Shown here piece after piece: positions 20,674 through 31,411 of a stretch of DNA of 64,000 bases. The first letter of the stretch is position 1; each line of letters begins with the position of its first letter. The notes under the pieces were generated by a model that saw only the letters and a list, made by a program, of their open reading frames with translations, searched no databases and had not been told where the DNA came from. Source of the stretch: an uncultured Phycisphaerales bacterium (lineage in GTDB: Bacteria > Planctomycetota > Phycisphaerae > Tepidisphaerales > Tepidisphaeraceae). Where the stretch lies: the NCBI GenBank assembly GCA_963758525.1, contig CAVWVQ010000003.1, positions 3,392,001 to 3,456,000 of the forward strand. The letters are read 5' to 3'. The translations under genes were made by a program, and so were the position numbers.

Positions 20674-22302
20674 ATGACCGCGGCGGATTGGGGCCGACGA
20701 TTCATGCAGTGGTCTGGCCGGACAGGCGCGGGCATCGGGCTGATGCTGGCGCTGTGTCTTTGCGGCTGCGTGTCCAACCCCCGCATCCTGTCCATCGAAG
20801 AGCAGAAGCCAATCGACCGCAGTCTCGTCGAGTTTCCCAGCGGCTATCAGTTTCGCCGGTACGTCACCGATCTCACGGCGCCCACTGCCATCGCGTTTGA
20901 CGCCGATGGATCGCTGCTCATCGCGATGGGCGAGCGCGACGGAGAAGTCCGGATCATCGGCTATCGCACCGATGGGGCGCCTTTTGCCGTCTTTCCGTTG
21001 AACGATCAGTCTCTTCTCAGTCTGGTCACTCCCGGCGGTTGGCGCATGTATGGGCCTGTCGGCGGAATGGTCTGCTATCAGGGCAAGGTGTTTGTCTCCC
21101 ATCGCGACGCCGACGGCATGGGCGTGATCAGCGCGCTGGATTACCACGGGCATCACACCACGATCCTCGGCAATCTGCCCGCGCAGGGAGATTACGGCGT
21201 AACGGATCTGGCGATTTCGCCAACCAACGGCCGGCTCTATTTCGGCGTCGGCACTGCCACCAACAGCGGTGTGGTCGGACTGGACAACTGGGCGGCCGGC
21301 TGGGTCCGCGATCATCCGCTGGTGCACGATGAGCCGTGGCAGGACCTGGCGCTGCTCGGATATCGTTTCGATTCGCCCAACCCGCTGGCGGGCCTTCTTG
21401 GGCCGACCGATCTGGCGGTGACCGCGCCGTTCCAAGCATTCAACCACAGCAACCAGACGCGCGTGCGCGGCGTCGCCGGTCCGGACGGAAGCCATAAGCC
21501 CAACGGCGCGATCTACTGGGTGTCCCCGGACGGCGGATATGCCACCGTTGAAGCGCACGGAATTCACAATCCGCGCGGCATCGCCATCAACGAGTTCGGG
21601 CGCGTGTATTTCACCAACGATGGCATGGAAATGCGCGGAACGCGACCGGTGAAAGATGACCCCGACGCGCTGCTGCGCCTCGTTTCCGGCGCCTGGTACG
21701 GCTGGCCGGATTACACGGCCGATCTGGAGCCGGTCAGTGATCCGCGGTTTCAGCCCCCGATGGAACTTCTCACGCGCAGCGGCTATCCCGAGCTGCGTTT
21801 CTCCATCGACAAGGAATCCAGCCATCTGATCGCGCCCAATCGCGATACGCTCCTGCAGTCGGCGTTCCCCTCGCTCTCCGGCGCGGCGCACATCGACATC
21901 GCTCCCTCGTCCGGACCGTTCCGTGAATTTCGCGGCAACGTGATCGTCGCCATGAGCGGCGACCGCGCACCCTTTGCCACCACCGGCGAAAAGCTCGTCG
22001 AAACCGTCGGGTACAAAGTGATGCGCGTCGATCCTGACATGCACCAGGTCAAGGAGTTCATTCGCAATACCGCCGGCAATCCTCGCAGCCGCGTGCCCGG
22101 CCACAGCGCCGCGCTGCTGGAGCGCCCGATCGATGTGAAATTCGGCCCCGATGGATCGCTCTACATCCTGGATTTCGGCGCTTTGGAAATGCGCGAAGGG
22201 CGCGAGCACGTCACCCCCGGCACCGGGCAGGTCTTCCGTCTGGTTCCCGTCTCAGACTCGCAAATCGGCCCCGCGAATAAGGCGGGGATCGAACAGCGAT
22301 AA
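20674..22302 (+). CDS. Beta-propeller glucose/sorbosone dehydrogenase-like lipoprotein
   Basis: LCLCG-C lipobox, APTAIAFDADG, GIHNPRGI, WYGWPD, RPIDVKFGPDGSLYILDFG. Confidence 0.8.
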   Translation: MTAADWGRRFMQWSGRTGAGIGLMLALCLCGCVSNPRILSIEEQKPIDRSLVEFPSGYQFRRYVTDLTAPTAIAFDADGSLLIAMGERDGEVRIIGYRTDGAPFAVFPLNDQSLLSLVTPGGWRMYGPVGGMVCYQGKVFVSHRDADGMGVISALDYHGHHTTILGNLPAQGDYGVTDLAISPTNGRLYFGVGTATNSGVVGLDNWAAGWVRDHPLVHDEPWQDLALLGYRFDSPNPLAGLLGPTDLAVTAPFQAFNHSNQTRVRGVAGPDGSHKPNGAIYWVSPDGGYATVEAHGIHNPRGIAINEFGRVYFTNDGMEMRGTRPVKDDPDALLRLVSGAWYGWPDYTADLEPVSDPRFQPPMELLTRSGYPELRFSIDKESSHLIAPNRDTLLQSAFPSLSGAAHIDIAPSSGPFREFRGNVIVAMSGDRAPFATTGEKLVETVGYKVMRVDPDMHQVKEFIRNTAGNPRSRVPGHSAALLERPIDVKFGPDGSLYILDFGALEMREGREHVTPGTGQVFRLVPVSDSQIGPANKAGIEQR

Positions 22303-22356
22303 GCCGACTTAATTTGCAATTTGCAATTCCTTACGTGCCCTGAGCCGAGTCGGGCC

Positions 22357-23090
22357 CTACGCCTCCCGTTCCGGCCGCCAGCGGTGCTCCAACATTCCCT
22401 TTCCAACAAACTGAATCGTCCGCGGCTGTAATGGAGCCGGGGGCTTGAGGTGAATCGTTCCCGTCACGCTGCACTCCGGATCGGATAGGTAAACGTATTC
22501 CCCGTTTTCGCAGGTAACGGTCGCGGGCGTTGCGTGACATGGGCGTCCCGCCGGTGTTGGAGATGCACCCGCAGACGAACCCTGGATATCCGAATGTTTT
22601 TCTGCTGCTTCGTCGCTCACACGGGCGGGACGCCCGTGCCACGTTGCGGGTTGCGGCACAAATGTGAGTTCCCCCTGGCCGTTGCGGTGTTCCATCCGCA
22701 ATTCGAGTGAGTTGTCGGCATTTCGTCTTAACGAGTGCGACCCGGCGGAGATTTGCAGGCGCTCGCTCGATGCCTGGAAGCTTCCCGGCGCAGCACCTGC
22801 AGGTCGGCAAACTTCCCGCCGTACGGCGCGCCAATTTCGATTTCGACGACGGGAAAATCTCGCGGCGTCGGCGGCGCGTTGCTCGTCGGCCGGCGGAGGT
22901 ATTGCCGATATCGGCGAAGATACGCGTGCAGCGACGGATGGCCGTCAAAAAAACCGACGCAGAGTTCCACCTTGCTGTCATCGTCCGCGGCGCTGATCTC
23001 CCAGAACTCGTAGCCCCCTGGGCCGCAAATGCGGTGCGAGGCGTCGGGACCGCCGGGAGGATCTGGGAGGAAGAGGGGGATGAGGAGCAT
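22357..23090 (-). CDS. Hypothetical protein, possibly a divergent CrtC/lipocalin-like protein (frameshift near 22790; in-frame REP-pair insertion)
   Basis: ORF 22728-23090 (GPGGYEFWEI..., YLRRYRQYLRRPT) continues in another frame as PGSFQASSERLQISAG into ORF 22357-22701. Confidence 0.5.
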
Positions 23091-23464
23091 TTCCTGATTG
23101 TCGCGTTCCTGGCGGCCAATGCACGTTCACCAGTCGGTGCGTCGCAAAAACCCCGAGTTGCCAAAGCCAAGTTGTTCCACCCGCGCGCCATTAAGCTGAG
23201 GCCTTTTTCATTTACCCCTCTCCCGGTACTCCTCCGGGAGAGGGGGCAGTCGCTCGAGGTTCTGAAACATCCTTGAACCAGCCGCTTCCGCCGCTCCCGA
23301 AGGAGCCGCGTCCCGAATGACGAAACCCGAATGCCGAATCAAACAATCAAACTTGGTTCCGATTTCGTCATTCGAATTTTCCGTGCGGTCGGCACGGTCG
23401 TTTGTTCCCCGTGGGCGGCCATCATATGATGAGGAACTCGATTTCTGACGTCACCCAAGGATGC

Positions 23465-25250
23465 ATGCAGATACGGAATTTCTCCATTATCGCCCACATC
23501 GACCACGGCAAGAGCACGCTTTCCGACCGGCTGCTGATGCGTGCCGGCGCCATTACTGAGCGCGAGTTCAAGGAGCAGATCCTCGACGACATGGATCTGG
23601 AGCGGGAGCGCGGGATCACCATCAAGGCGTCGGCGGTGACTGTTTTTCACGAGCACAACGGCGAGAAGTTCATGCTGAACTTCATCGACACGCCGGGGCA
23701 TGTTGATTTTCATTACGAAGTGCAGAAGGCGCTGCAGGCGTGCGAAGGGGCGATTCTCGTCGTGGATGCGACGCAGGGCGTGCAGGCGCAGACCGTCGCC
23801 AATGCTTACGCGGCTATCGAGGTCGGTCTGGACATCATTCCGGTGATCAACAAGATCGATCTGCCAAGCTCCCGGCCGGTCGAAGTTGCGGAGGAAATCG
23901 AACAAGTGCTCGGGTTCAAAGCCGAGGACTGCATTCTCGTCTCGGCCAAGACCGGGCAGGGAATTGACGACCTGATCGGCAAGCTCTGCGATCAGCTTCC
24001 GCCTCCCAAGGGAGACCCAAATCTGCCCTTGCGGGCGCTGATCTTCGACAGCATTTACGACGATTATCGCGGCGTGATCGTCTACGTGCGCGTCATTGAT
24101 GGGGAGTTGCGCAAGGGAATGAAAATCCGCCTGATGGGGGCCGACCGGGAATATCAAGTGACCGATCTCGGGAAGCTGATGCCGCGGCCAAAGCAGGTTG
24201 CCACCATTGGCACGAGCGAGGTCGGCTTTCTTGTGGCGGCGATTAAGGATCTTCATGACGTCCGCATCGGCGACACCGTCACCGATGCGCAAATCCGGCG
24301 CCGAGGCGCTCCCGGGTTACAAGCCGATCCAGCAGATGGTTTTCTGCGATTTCTACCCGGGCGGGAAGACGCAATACGATGAGCTGCGCGACGCGATGGA
24401 TCGCTTGCAGCTCAATGACTCCAGTTTCACGTTCTCCCCGGAATCCTCCGACGCTCTGGGCTTCGGCTTCCGCTGCGGCTTCCTCGGGCTGCTGCACATG
24501 GAAATCATTCAGGAACGGCTCGAACGCGAGTTCAATATCGAAGTGGTGCAAACCGCGCCGACCGTCACCTACGAAATCCTGTTGAACGATCAATCGACGA
24601 TCCGCATCGACGCCCCCAGCGAATTGCCCGACCTCACGCATGTGGCCGAGATCCGCGAGCCGTACATTCTGATGAATCTGATTCTTCCCGCCGACGGCGT
24701 CGGCGCCCTGATGAAGCTCTGCGAGGATCGCCGCGGGGTTTATAAGAAGACCGAATACATCGGGGCGACGCGCGTCATTCTCGTTTATGAAATGCCGCTG
24801 GCGGAAGTGATCTATGATTTTTATGACCGCCTCAAATCCGCCACGCGCGGCTACGGCACGATGGACTACGAACTGATCGGCTTCCGCGTCGGCGACCTCG
24901 TCAAGGTCGATATCCTCGTCAATGGAGACCGGGTTGATGCGCTAAGCGTGATCGTCCATCGCGAGCACGCCGAAGCCCGCGGCCGCCGGCTGCTGATTCG
25001 GCTCAAGGCAGAGATCGCAAAACATCTCTTTGAGATTCCCCTCCAGGCCGCCATTGGCGGAAAAGTGATTGCCCGCGAGACGATCAAGTCCGTCGGCAAG
25101 AACGTGACGGCCAAGTGCTACGGCGGCGACGTCTCGCGGAAGCGAAAACTGCTGGAGAAGCAAAAAGAAGGCAAGAAGCGCATGAAGCGCGTCGGTTCTG
25201 TGGACATCCCGCAGGAAGCATTCATGTCGATCCTCGAGACGGGGGATTGA
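23465..25250 (+). CDS. lepA: Translation elongation factor 4 (frameshift near 24295)
   Basis: IRNFSIIAHIDHGKSTL, DTPGHVDF, GFRCGFLGLLHMEI, KCYGGDVSRKRKLLEKQKEGKKRMK. Confidence 0.97.
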
Positions 25251-25336
25251 GCTCTTACCGTGACGAGGATCGTCAAGTCTCGGTTGTCAAGTCTCGGTGC
25301 TGACGGATTACGCGGCGGCTGTTACCATTCGAGGCG

Positions 25337-25897
25337 ATGACCGTCAGCACGATTAAGATGACAGCCCGGCAATACCTGCAGCTTGGAGAAGATCCGCCCG
25401 GGGTGAGGCTGGAACTCGTGGATGGGGAGGTAGTCGTGAGCCCAAGTCCGATTCCCGATCATGGGTACACGGTCGGCGCGCTCCATCGCCTGCTCGGCAA
25501 CTTCGTCGAGGAGCACGACCTGGGCCAGCTCTATCTCGACACGGATACGCTTTTTGGCGAGTATGACGTTCGTCGGCCGGACATCGGCTTCATCCGAAAA
25601 AGCCGGCTGCATGTCATCGGGGATACTGCCATTGAGATGCCGCCAGACCTGGCGATCGAAGTCGTGAGTCCCACCAGCGTAAATATAGATAAGAAAGACA
25701 AATTCAAGCTGTATGCGGCCAGCAAAGTGAAGGACTATTGGATCGTCGATCCGAAAACCAGGACAATCGAAGCATATCATCTGACGCGGGGCAAATTCAT
25801 CGGCCAACTGCGCGGCTCCGGCTCGGATGTCGTGAAACTTCCGCCGTTCGAGCGATTGGAAATTCCCCTCACCAAGCTCTGGCGTCCAAGGGCCTGA
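25337..25897 (+). CDS. Uma2-family endonuclease-like protein
   Basis: LELVDGEV..SP, RRPDI, PDLAIEVVSP, YWIVDP. Confidence 0.92.
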   Translation: MTVSTIKMTARQYLQLGEDPPGVRLELVDGEVVVSPSPIPDHGYTVGALHRLLGNFVEEHDLGQLYLDTDTLFGEYDVRRPDIGFIRKSRLHVIGDTAIEMPPDLAIEVVSPTSVNIDKKDKFKLYAASKVKDYWIVDPKTRTIEAYHLTRGKFIGQLRGSGSDVVKLPPFERLEIPLTKLWRPRA

Positions 25898-25901
25898 ATG
25901 C

Positions 25902-26624
25902 ATGATCACTCCCGAAATCAAAGTGGTGCGCGATGGCGACGCCATTGCCCGCGAGGCGGCAGACCGGATCGTCGAACAATCCAGGTCGGCCATCGCGCAT
26001 CAGGGAAAGTTCTCGATCGCTCTCTCCGGCGGCTCTACGCCGAAGGTGCTTTTCTCGCTGCTGGCAAGCGATACGTACCGGGGCCGGATCGAGTGGTCGA
26101 GCGTCCACGTCTACTTTGGCGATGAACGCTGCGTTCCGCCTGAATCTTCCGACAGCAACTATCGGATGGCGAAGGAGACGCTGCTCGATCACGCGCCGAT
26201 CCCAAACGAGAACGTGCATCGCATTCGCGGCGAAATCGAGCCCGAAGCCGCTGCGACGGAATACGGAAAACTGCTCGAAAGGGATTTTGGGGACGGCGGT
26301 CTCGATCTGGCGCTGCTGGGAATGGGCCCTGACGGACATACCGCTTCGTTGTTCCCGAATTCTGCCGCTTTGCGGGAGGCGAAGCATCGATGCGTCGCCA
26401 ACTGGGTGGAAAAAATGAAGAGCTGGCGGGTGACGATGACTGCGCCGTTTCTGAATCGGTCCCGCCAGGTGACCATTCTGGTAAGCGGCGCATCCAAGGC
26501 CGCGATCTTGCATGAAGTTTTGGAAGGGCCGCGCGATCCCGAACGGCTCCCGATTCAGATGATCGAACCGGAGAGCGGGAAATTGACATGGATTGTCGAC
26601 GTTGCAGCGGCAGGGATGGGGTAG
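25902..26624 (+). CDS. pgl: 6-phosphogluconolactonase
   Basis: ALSGGSTP, FGDERCVPP..DSNY, LLGMGPDGHTASLFP. Confidence 0.96.
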   Translation: MITPEIKVVRDGDAIAREAADRIVEQSRSAIAHQGKFSIALSGGSTPKVLFSLLASDTYRGRIEWSSVHVYFGDERCVPPESSDSNYRMAKETLLDHAPIPNENVHRIRGEIEPEAAATEYGKLLERDFGDGGLDLALLGMGPDGHTASLFPNSAALREAKHRCVANWVEKMKSWRVTMTAPFLNRSRQVTILVSGASKAAILHEVLEGPRDPERLPIQMIEPESGKLTWIVDVAAAGMG

Positions 26625-26825
26625 GGGGAAGGCACAAAGGGAAGAAGGCACGAAGGCACGGAGGGAAGAAGGCACGGAGGGAGGAAGGGACCGAACTCGC
26701 CAACGGCACCGCCGTGGCTTGCCCTTCGCGGGACATATCGCGTTCGCTTGCGAATCCTTGTTCCCTTCTTCCCTCCGTGCCTTCGTCCCTTTCCCCACGT
26801 CCCTTTCCCCACCGTGCCTTTCCCC
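26625..26825. repeat. Inverted arrays of short ggcacgga/aaggcac purine-rich tandem repeats
   Basis: gaaggcacgaaggcacggagggaagaaggcacggaggg at ~26630-26690 mirrored by cttccctccgtgccttcgt at ~26765-26820. Confidence 0.7.
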
Positions 26826-26864
26826 GCCTCGCATCTCCCGGCCTAACCCGTTATCTTTGTCAAC

Positions 26865-28058
26865 GTGATCTTGCCGCTGGTGCTGATCGGGTTGGCGATT
26901 GTGTCGGCCGGGGCGATGGCGTATGGCACCGAGCCGGGATGGGCGCAATATCCTCACGGAATACAATGCATCATGCTTGCCCGGCGGCTCGAATGGCCGC
27001 TGGTGAGCATTTCCATTCTGCTGTGTCTTGCATTAATCGCACTGGTCGTCGCGGGGAAACGACGCGCCTGGTTTCTCATCGGGCTCGGTCCGGTGATTGC
27101 GCTTTTTGCCCATCGATTCATGACTCAGCCGGCCGGCGGCACCATCGCCGACGATCCCGTTTTCCTGGACGCCGAATCCGTCCACTCGCTGGCGGACGGA
27201 GATTTCGTTGTGGGCGCTCATTGCGGCGATGACGATTACGCGTATCCCTATGCCGCGCTGTTCTGCACGCCGGTGGTCATTCATGCGGATCACGAGCGGC
27301 GCGTGATGCTCATCTGGTCGGCGTACGCCAACCGCGCGGTGGCGATGTCGATTTCCCGCGATCTCAAAGCGCGCGATCTCGAGATCGTCGGTTCGCCCGG
27401 AAATTCGCTGCTGCTGTACAACGGCCGCCTCGGACAATTCATCAATGGCGTCACCGGTCGCACGCCCGACGGCCGCAAACCATCTGGCGCACTGGCGGTC
27501 ATCCCGACATGGAAGATGACGTGGAGAGCATGGTTTGCCGATCATCCACAGACGAAGGTGCTTTCTTCCCCGCTCGCACTGCCCGCAAATGCGCCGAACG
27601 GCCCGATTCTGCCGGCGTTTCCGCTGCCGGGCCGGCCGGTCATTCGCACGGAGCAGAAACTTGTCGCGCTTGTCGACGATGCGAATCCTTCAGCGCTCGA
27701 CAGCGACGCCATCGGCCCGCAGCCGCTCAATCTGGACATCGATTCAACGCCGATCTTCGTCGTGCGCGAGGCGCCGGATCAGCCGCTGATTGCTTTTGAC
27801 CGGCGGCTTCCCAACGACCTGCGCCCGAGATTCGATCTGGCAACTTCGCATCGCGTGCCCGCCGCGATGTTTGTCGATCGGGACACCAATTCTCTCTGGT
27901 CCGCCCAGGGCGCATGGGTGGCCGGCTTGAAGGAGCTGAAGGGAAAGAAATTAACGCCCGTGCCCGTGGAAGATGGGCTGTATTGGGATGTGATGAAGTT
28001 CTGGTATCCGCAACTCACGCTGGCAAACGATACCCAGTCGAACCAGAGCGTGCGGTAG
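26865..28058 (+). CDS. Membrane-anchored DUF3179-like protein
   Basis: N-terminal TMs; YAYPY, NSLLLY, MTWRAWFADHPQTKVL, DRDTNSLW...LKGKKL, YWDVMKFWYP. Confidence 0.7.
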   Translation: MILPLVLIGLAIVSAGAMAYGTEPGWAQYPHGIQCIMLARRLEWPLVSISILLCLALIALVVAGKRRAWFLIGLGPVIALFAHRFMTQPAGGTIADDPVFLDAESVHSLADGDFVVGAHCGDDDYAYPYAALFCTPVVIHADHERRVMLIWSAYANRAVAMSISRDLKARDLEIVGSPGNSLLLYNGRLGQFINGVTGRTPDGRKPSGALAVIPTWKMTWRAWFADHPQTKVLSSPLALPANAPNGPILPAFPLPGRPVIRTEQKLVALVDDANPSALDSDAIGPQPLNLDIDSTPIFVVREAPDQPLIAFDRRLPNDLRPRFDLATSHRVPAAMFVDRDTNSLWSAQGAWVAGLKELKGKKLTPVPVEDGLYWDVMKFWYPQLTLANDTQSNQSVR

Positions 28059-28208
28059 ACAACGATCGCCGGCTCAAGAGCGCATTTTAGAACTTCAAAC
28101 GACGGGCGTGCGCGAATTTCCGGACAACCTGTGCGCGGCGATATCCCGCTCTTGCCCCCTCCCCTAATACTCTGGGGGAGGGTTGGGGTGGGGGTTAGCG
28201 CTAATCAT

Positions 28209-28439
28209 CTACATAGGTGTTTTGAATCCCATCGCCCGCACCACGCACCATCCCTTGAGCCCTTCAAAGATTCCAAATGCACCCGCTGCGGCGCATGAGA
28301 TGGTGATCACCCAGAGCGATACCGAATCGTAATGAATCGCCCAGCCTATCGCGAGAATCGCGGCGATGATGACGAGCACCACGCCGTAGATCAGTCGGGC
28401 GATTCTTCCACGTCTGTCGATGTTGCAGGTGAGTGCCAT
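28209..28439 (-). CDS. Small two-TM protein (DUF2892/YgaP-like)
   Basis: CNIDRRGRIARLIYG...EGLKGWCVVRAMGFKTP. Confidence 0.75.
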   Translation of the reverse strand: MALTCNIDRRGRIARLIYGVVLVIIAAILAIGWAIHYDSVSLWVITISCAAAGAFGIFEGLKGWCVVRAMGFKTPM

Positions 28440-28556
28440 GGTTCCATTATAGGTTGGCGGGGTTGGCCTGCGGCGGGATTGCCCATAGACTACCCGACTT
28501 TGCGGAGGGCTTGGCGCCGGGACATCGCCGGGAAGCTGCCGCCCGAGAGGGAAGTT

Positions 28557-29960
28557 ATGGATCGCATCAGTCTGTATTGGAGAAATGCAACCGCCGAGGC
28601 AGTTGGCGAACGCCATGGGGTGAGCGACAGAGAATTGAAGCAAATCGCGCCGCGAATCAAAGCCCTGACGAAGCAGATGAACGACGATCGCAAGGCCGGC
28701 AAGCTGCGCTACCGCGATCTGCCCTATGACGAGGAGATGGTCGACAGCATTCATCGCGAGGTGGAGCATTTCCGCGATCGCTGCGAAGTGCTGATCGTCT
28801 TGGGCATCGGCGGAAGCGCGCTGGGAAACATCGCGCTGCACAGCGCCCTGAATCCCTGGACCTACAACCTGATGAGCGACCGCACCCGCAATGGGCCGCA
28901 ACTGTTCGTGCTGGATAACGTCGACCCGGACCAGATCAAGTCGGTGGTGGAGCTGGTTGCCCCGAAGATCAAGAAGACCATCGTCAATGTGATCAGCAAG
29001 TCCGGCGAAACCGCCGAGACCGCGGCGCAATTCATCCTGTTCCGCGACCTGCTGCAGCAGAAGCTGGGGAAGAAATACATCGAGAACATCATCGCCACGA
29101 CGGATGCCGGCGGCGGCACGTTGAGGGAGATCGCCAAGGCCGAGGGATATCGCACGCTGGAAGTTCCCCAGGGCGTCGGCGGGCGATTCTCGGTGATGTC
29201 GGCCGTCGGATTATTCAGTGCCGCCATGTGCGGCGTGGATGTCGATGCGCTGCTCGAAGGGGCCGCCGACATGGATGATCGGCTGAAAAACGGCGAGTTG
29301 ATGACCAACCCCGCGGCGATGCTCGCGGCGGTTCAGTACATTCTCAACGGCAAGGGGAAGCCGATGAGCGTGATGATGCCCTACAGCACGTCGCTCTATT
29401 CGTTGGCCGATTGGTTTCGCCAGTTGTGGGCGGAGAGTCTGGGGAAGCAGAACGGGCTGACGAAAAAGAACGTATTTGCCGGTCAAACGCCGATCAAGGC
29501 GCTGGGCACAACCGATCAGCATTCACAGGTGCAGTTGTATCGCGAAGGTCCGAACGACAAAATCATCACGTTTCTGGAGGTCGAGCGTTTCGGCCAGAAG
29601 CTGGCGATTCCACAGGCGTTCAAGGATGTGAAGACGCTTCAATATCTGCCTGGTTCAACCTTCCAGGCGTTGATCAACAGCGAGAAGCTCGCCACGGAAT
29701 ACGCACTGCTCGAGAGTCAGCGCCCAACCCTGTCGGTGGTGTTTCCGAACATCTCCGCCCAGACAGTGGGACAGTTCCTCTACTTGTATGAGGTGGCCGT
29801 CAGCTACATGGGCGGATTATTCGAGATCGACACGTACAATCAGCCGGCCGTCCAGCTTGGCAAGGACGCGACCTACGCACTGATGGGCAAAGAAGGATAT
29901 GCTGACCTGGCAAAGAAGATTCAGTCGGTCGCCAAGCGTGATAAGAAGTACCTGATATAA
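28557..29960 (+). CDS. pgi: Glucose-6-phosphate isomerase
   Basis: LGIGGSALG, ISKSGETAET, VGGRFSV, QLWAESLGK, DQHSQVQ, NQPAVQLGK. Confidence 0.96.
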   Translation: MDRISLYWRNATAEAVGERHGVSDRELKQIAPRIKALTKQMNDDRKAGKLRYRDLPYDEEMVDSIHREVEHFRDRCEVLIVLGIGGSALGNIALHSALNPWTYNLMSDRTRNGPQLFVLDNVDPDQIKSVVELVAPKIKKTIVNVISKSGETAETAAQFILFRDLLQQKLGKKYIENIIATTDAGGGTLREIAKAEGYRTLEVPQGVGGRFSVMSAVGLFSAAMCGVDVDALLEGAADMDDRLKNGELMTNPAAMLAAVQYILNGKGKPMSVMMPYSTSLYSLADWFRQLWAESLGKQNGLTKKNVFAGQTPIKALGTTDQHSQVQLYREGPNDKIITFLEVERFGQKLAIPQAFKDVKTLQYLPGSTFQALINSEKLATEYALLESQRPTLSVVFPNISAQTVGQFLYLYEVAVSYMGGLFEIDTYNQPAVQLGKDATYALMGKEGYADLAKKIQSVAKRDKKYLI

Positions 29961-29972
29961 GGAGAGAGGCCA

Positions 29973-30068
29973 AGGGAGGGTTCAGGGTGTCAGGGTTCAG
30001 GGTTCAGCAAGAGAAAAGCCGCGCTTGTCTTCGCTGAACCCTGAACCCTGACACCCTGAACCCTCCCT
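29973..30068. repeat. Perfect 36-bp inverted repeat built of ggttcag-type 7/8-mers
   Basis: agggagggttcagggtgtcagggttcagggttcagc (29973-30008) and its reverse complement (30033-30068). Confidence 0.9.
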
Positions 30069-30081
30069 CGGCCCCATCGAT

Positions 30082-31188
30082 ATGCAATATGGCGTAATCA
30101 TGGCGGGTGGCGCGGGCACGAGGCTTTGGCCGCTGTCGCGCGGGGTGAAGCCCAAGCAGCTTCTGTCGATCGTGCGGGGCAAAAGTCTTCTGCAGCTCAG
30201 CTACGAGCGTCTTCGCGGCATTCTGCCGGCGGAGCGCATCTACGTCTGCACCAACGCCGCCCACGGCGCCGCGGTACGGGAGAATCTGCCGGAATTACCG
30301 CCCGACAACCTGCTGGGCGAGCCCGTCGGCCGCGACACGGCCAACGCCGTGGGCTTTCCCGCGGCAATTATTTGCAAGCGCGACAAGGACGCCGTGACCG
30401 CGGTGATCACGGCCGATCATGTCATTGAACCGGTGGATGCATTTCAGGCCGCCGTCCGCACGGCATTCGACGTCGTCGCGGAGCATCCGAATTATCTGGT
30501 CACCTTCGGCATCGCTCCCACGCACGGCCACACCGGGCTGGGATACATTTTTCGTGGCGATCAGCTCAAGGTGAAAAATGCAACCGCCGGGGCGTATCGC
30601 GTTCAGGCGTTCAAGGAAAAACCGGACAAGCCGACGGCCGATCGATACGTCGAGTCGGGCCGGTATTACTGGAACAGCGGCATGTTTGTCTGGCGTGCCG
30701 ACACCGTGCTGAACGAGCTGGCGGCGGACCTTCCCGAGTCCTACAAGGGGCTGACGGCCATCGCGGACGCCTGGGATACGCCCGACCGCGACAAGGTGCT
30801 CAACGAGATTTATCCGACGCTTCCCAAGATCAGCATCGACTACGCGGTCATGGAGCCGGCCGCACAGGCGAAGGGAAAGGCGGCGGTTGCCGTCGTCGAG
30901 ATGCCGGTCCAGTGGCTCGACGTCGGTTCGTGGCCCGCGCTGGCCGAGACGCTTTCCATCGACGAGCATAGCAACGCCACCGAATGCAAGGCGCAGGTCT
31001 TCGTCGATTCGGACGACAACATCGTCATCAGCGAAGATCCGGAACACCTCATGACGCTCATCGGCATCAGCGACATGATTGTCGTTCACACCAAGGATGC
31101 GACCATGGTCTGTCCGAAGGGCGAAGCACAGCGCGTGAAGGAGCTCGTCGGGAAGGTGAAGGAAAAGTACGGGGAACGGTATTTGTGA
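30082..31188 (+). CDS. manC: Mannose-1-phosphate guanylyltransferase
   Basis: IMAGGAGTRLWPLSR..PKQ, EPVGRDTA, FKEKPD, YWNSGMF, ISIDYAVME, WLDVGSW. Confidence 0.95.
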   Translation: MQYGVIMAGGAGTRLWPLSRGVKPKQLLSIVRGKSLLQLSYERLRGILPAERIYVCTNAAHGAAVRENLPELPPDNLLGEPVGRDTANAVGFPAAIICKRDKDAVTAVITADHVIEPVDAFQAAVRTAFDVVAEHPNYLVTFGIAPTHGHTGLGYIFRGDQLKVKNATAGAYRVQAFKEKPDKPTADRYVESGRYYWNSGMFVWRADTVLNELAADLPESYKGLTAIADAWDTPDRDKVLNEIYPTLPKISIDYAVMEPAAQAKGKAAVAVVEMPVQWLDVGSWPALAETLSIDEHSNATECKAQVFVDSDDNIVISEDPEHLMTLIGISDMIVVHTKDATMVCPKGEAQRVKELVGKVKEKYGERYL

Positions 31189-31406
31189 AATCCGAATGAC
31201 GAAACCCGAATCCCCGAATCAAATAATCAAATCCGAATGACGAATGACCGAATGACGAATGACAGAAGCACGAACGGTGTCGAACATCTTTCACCAAAAG
31301 TAGTAAGTCGGCGTTGTTTGAGGGACCCGGCTTCGGGTTTGATTCTGGTTTCGAGCTTCGTCATTCGGGCTTGATTCTGGTTTCGGGTTTCGTCATTCTG
31401 ATTTTC
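31188..31406. repeat. Inverted arrays of cgaatga(c) short tandem repeats
   Basis: aatccgaatgacgaaacccgaat...gaatgacgaatgac mirrored by ttcgtcattcgg...tttcgtcattctgatt; a similar unit lies at ~23313-23380. Confidence 0.75.
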
Positions 31407-31411
31407 CCGTG

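Noticed and set aside
26625..31406. Short repeat arrays as CRISPR
   Set aside because: Units are 7-8 nt and inverted, without constant-length unique spacers, and no cas genes are present
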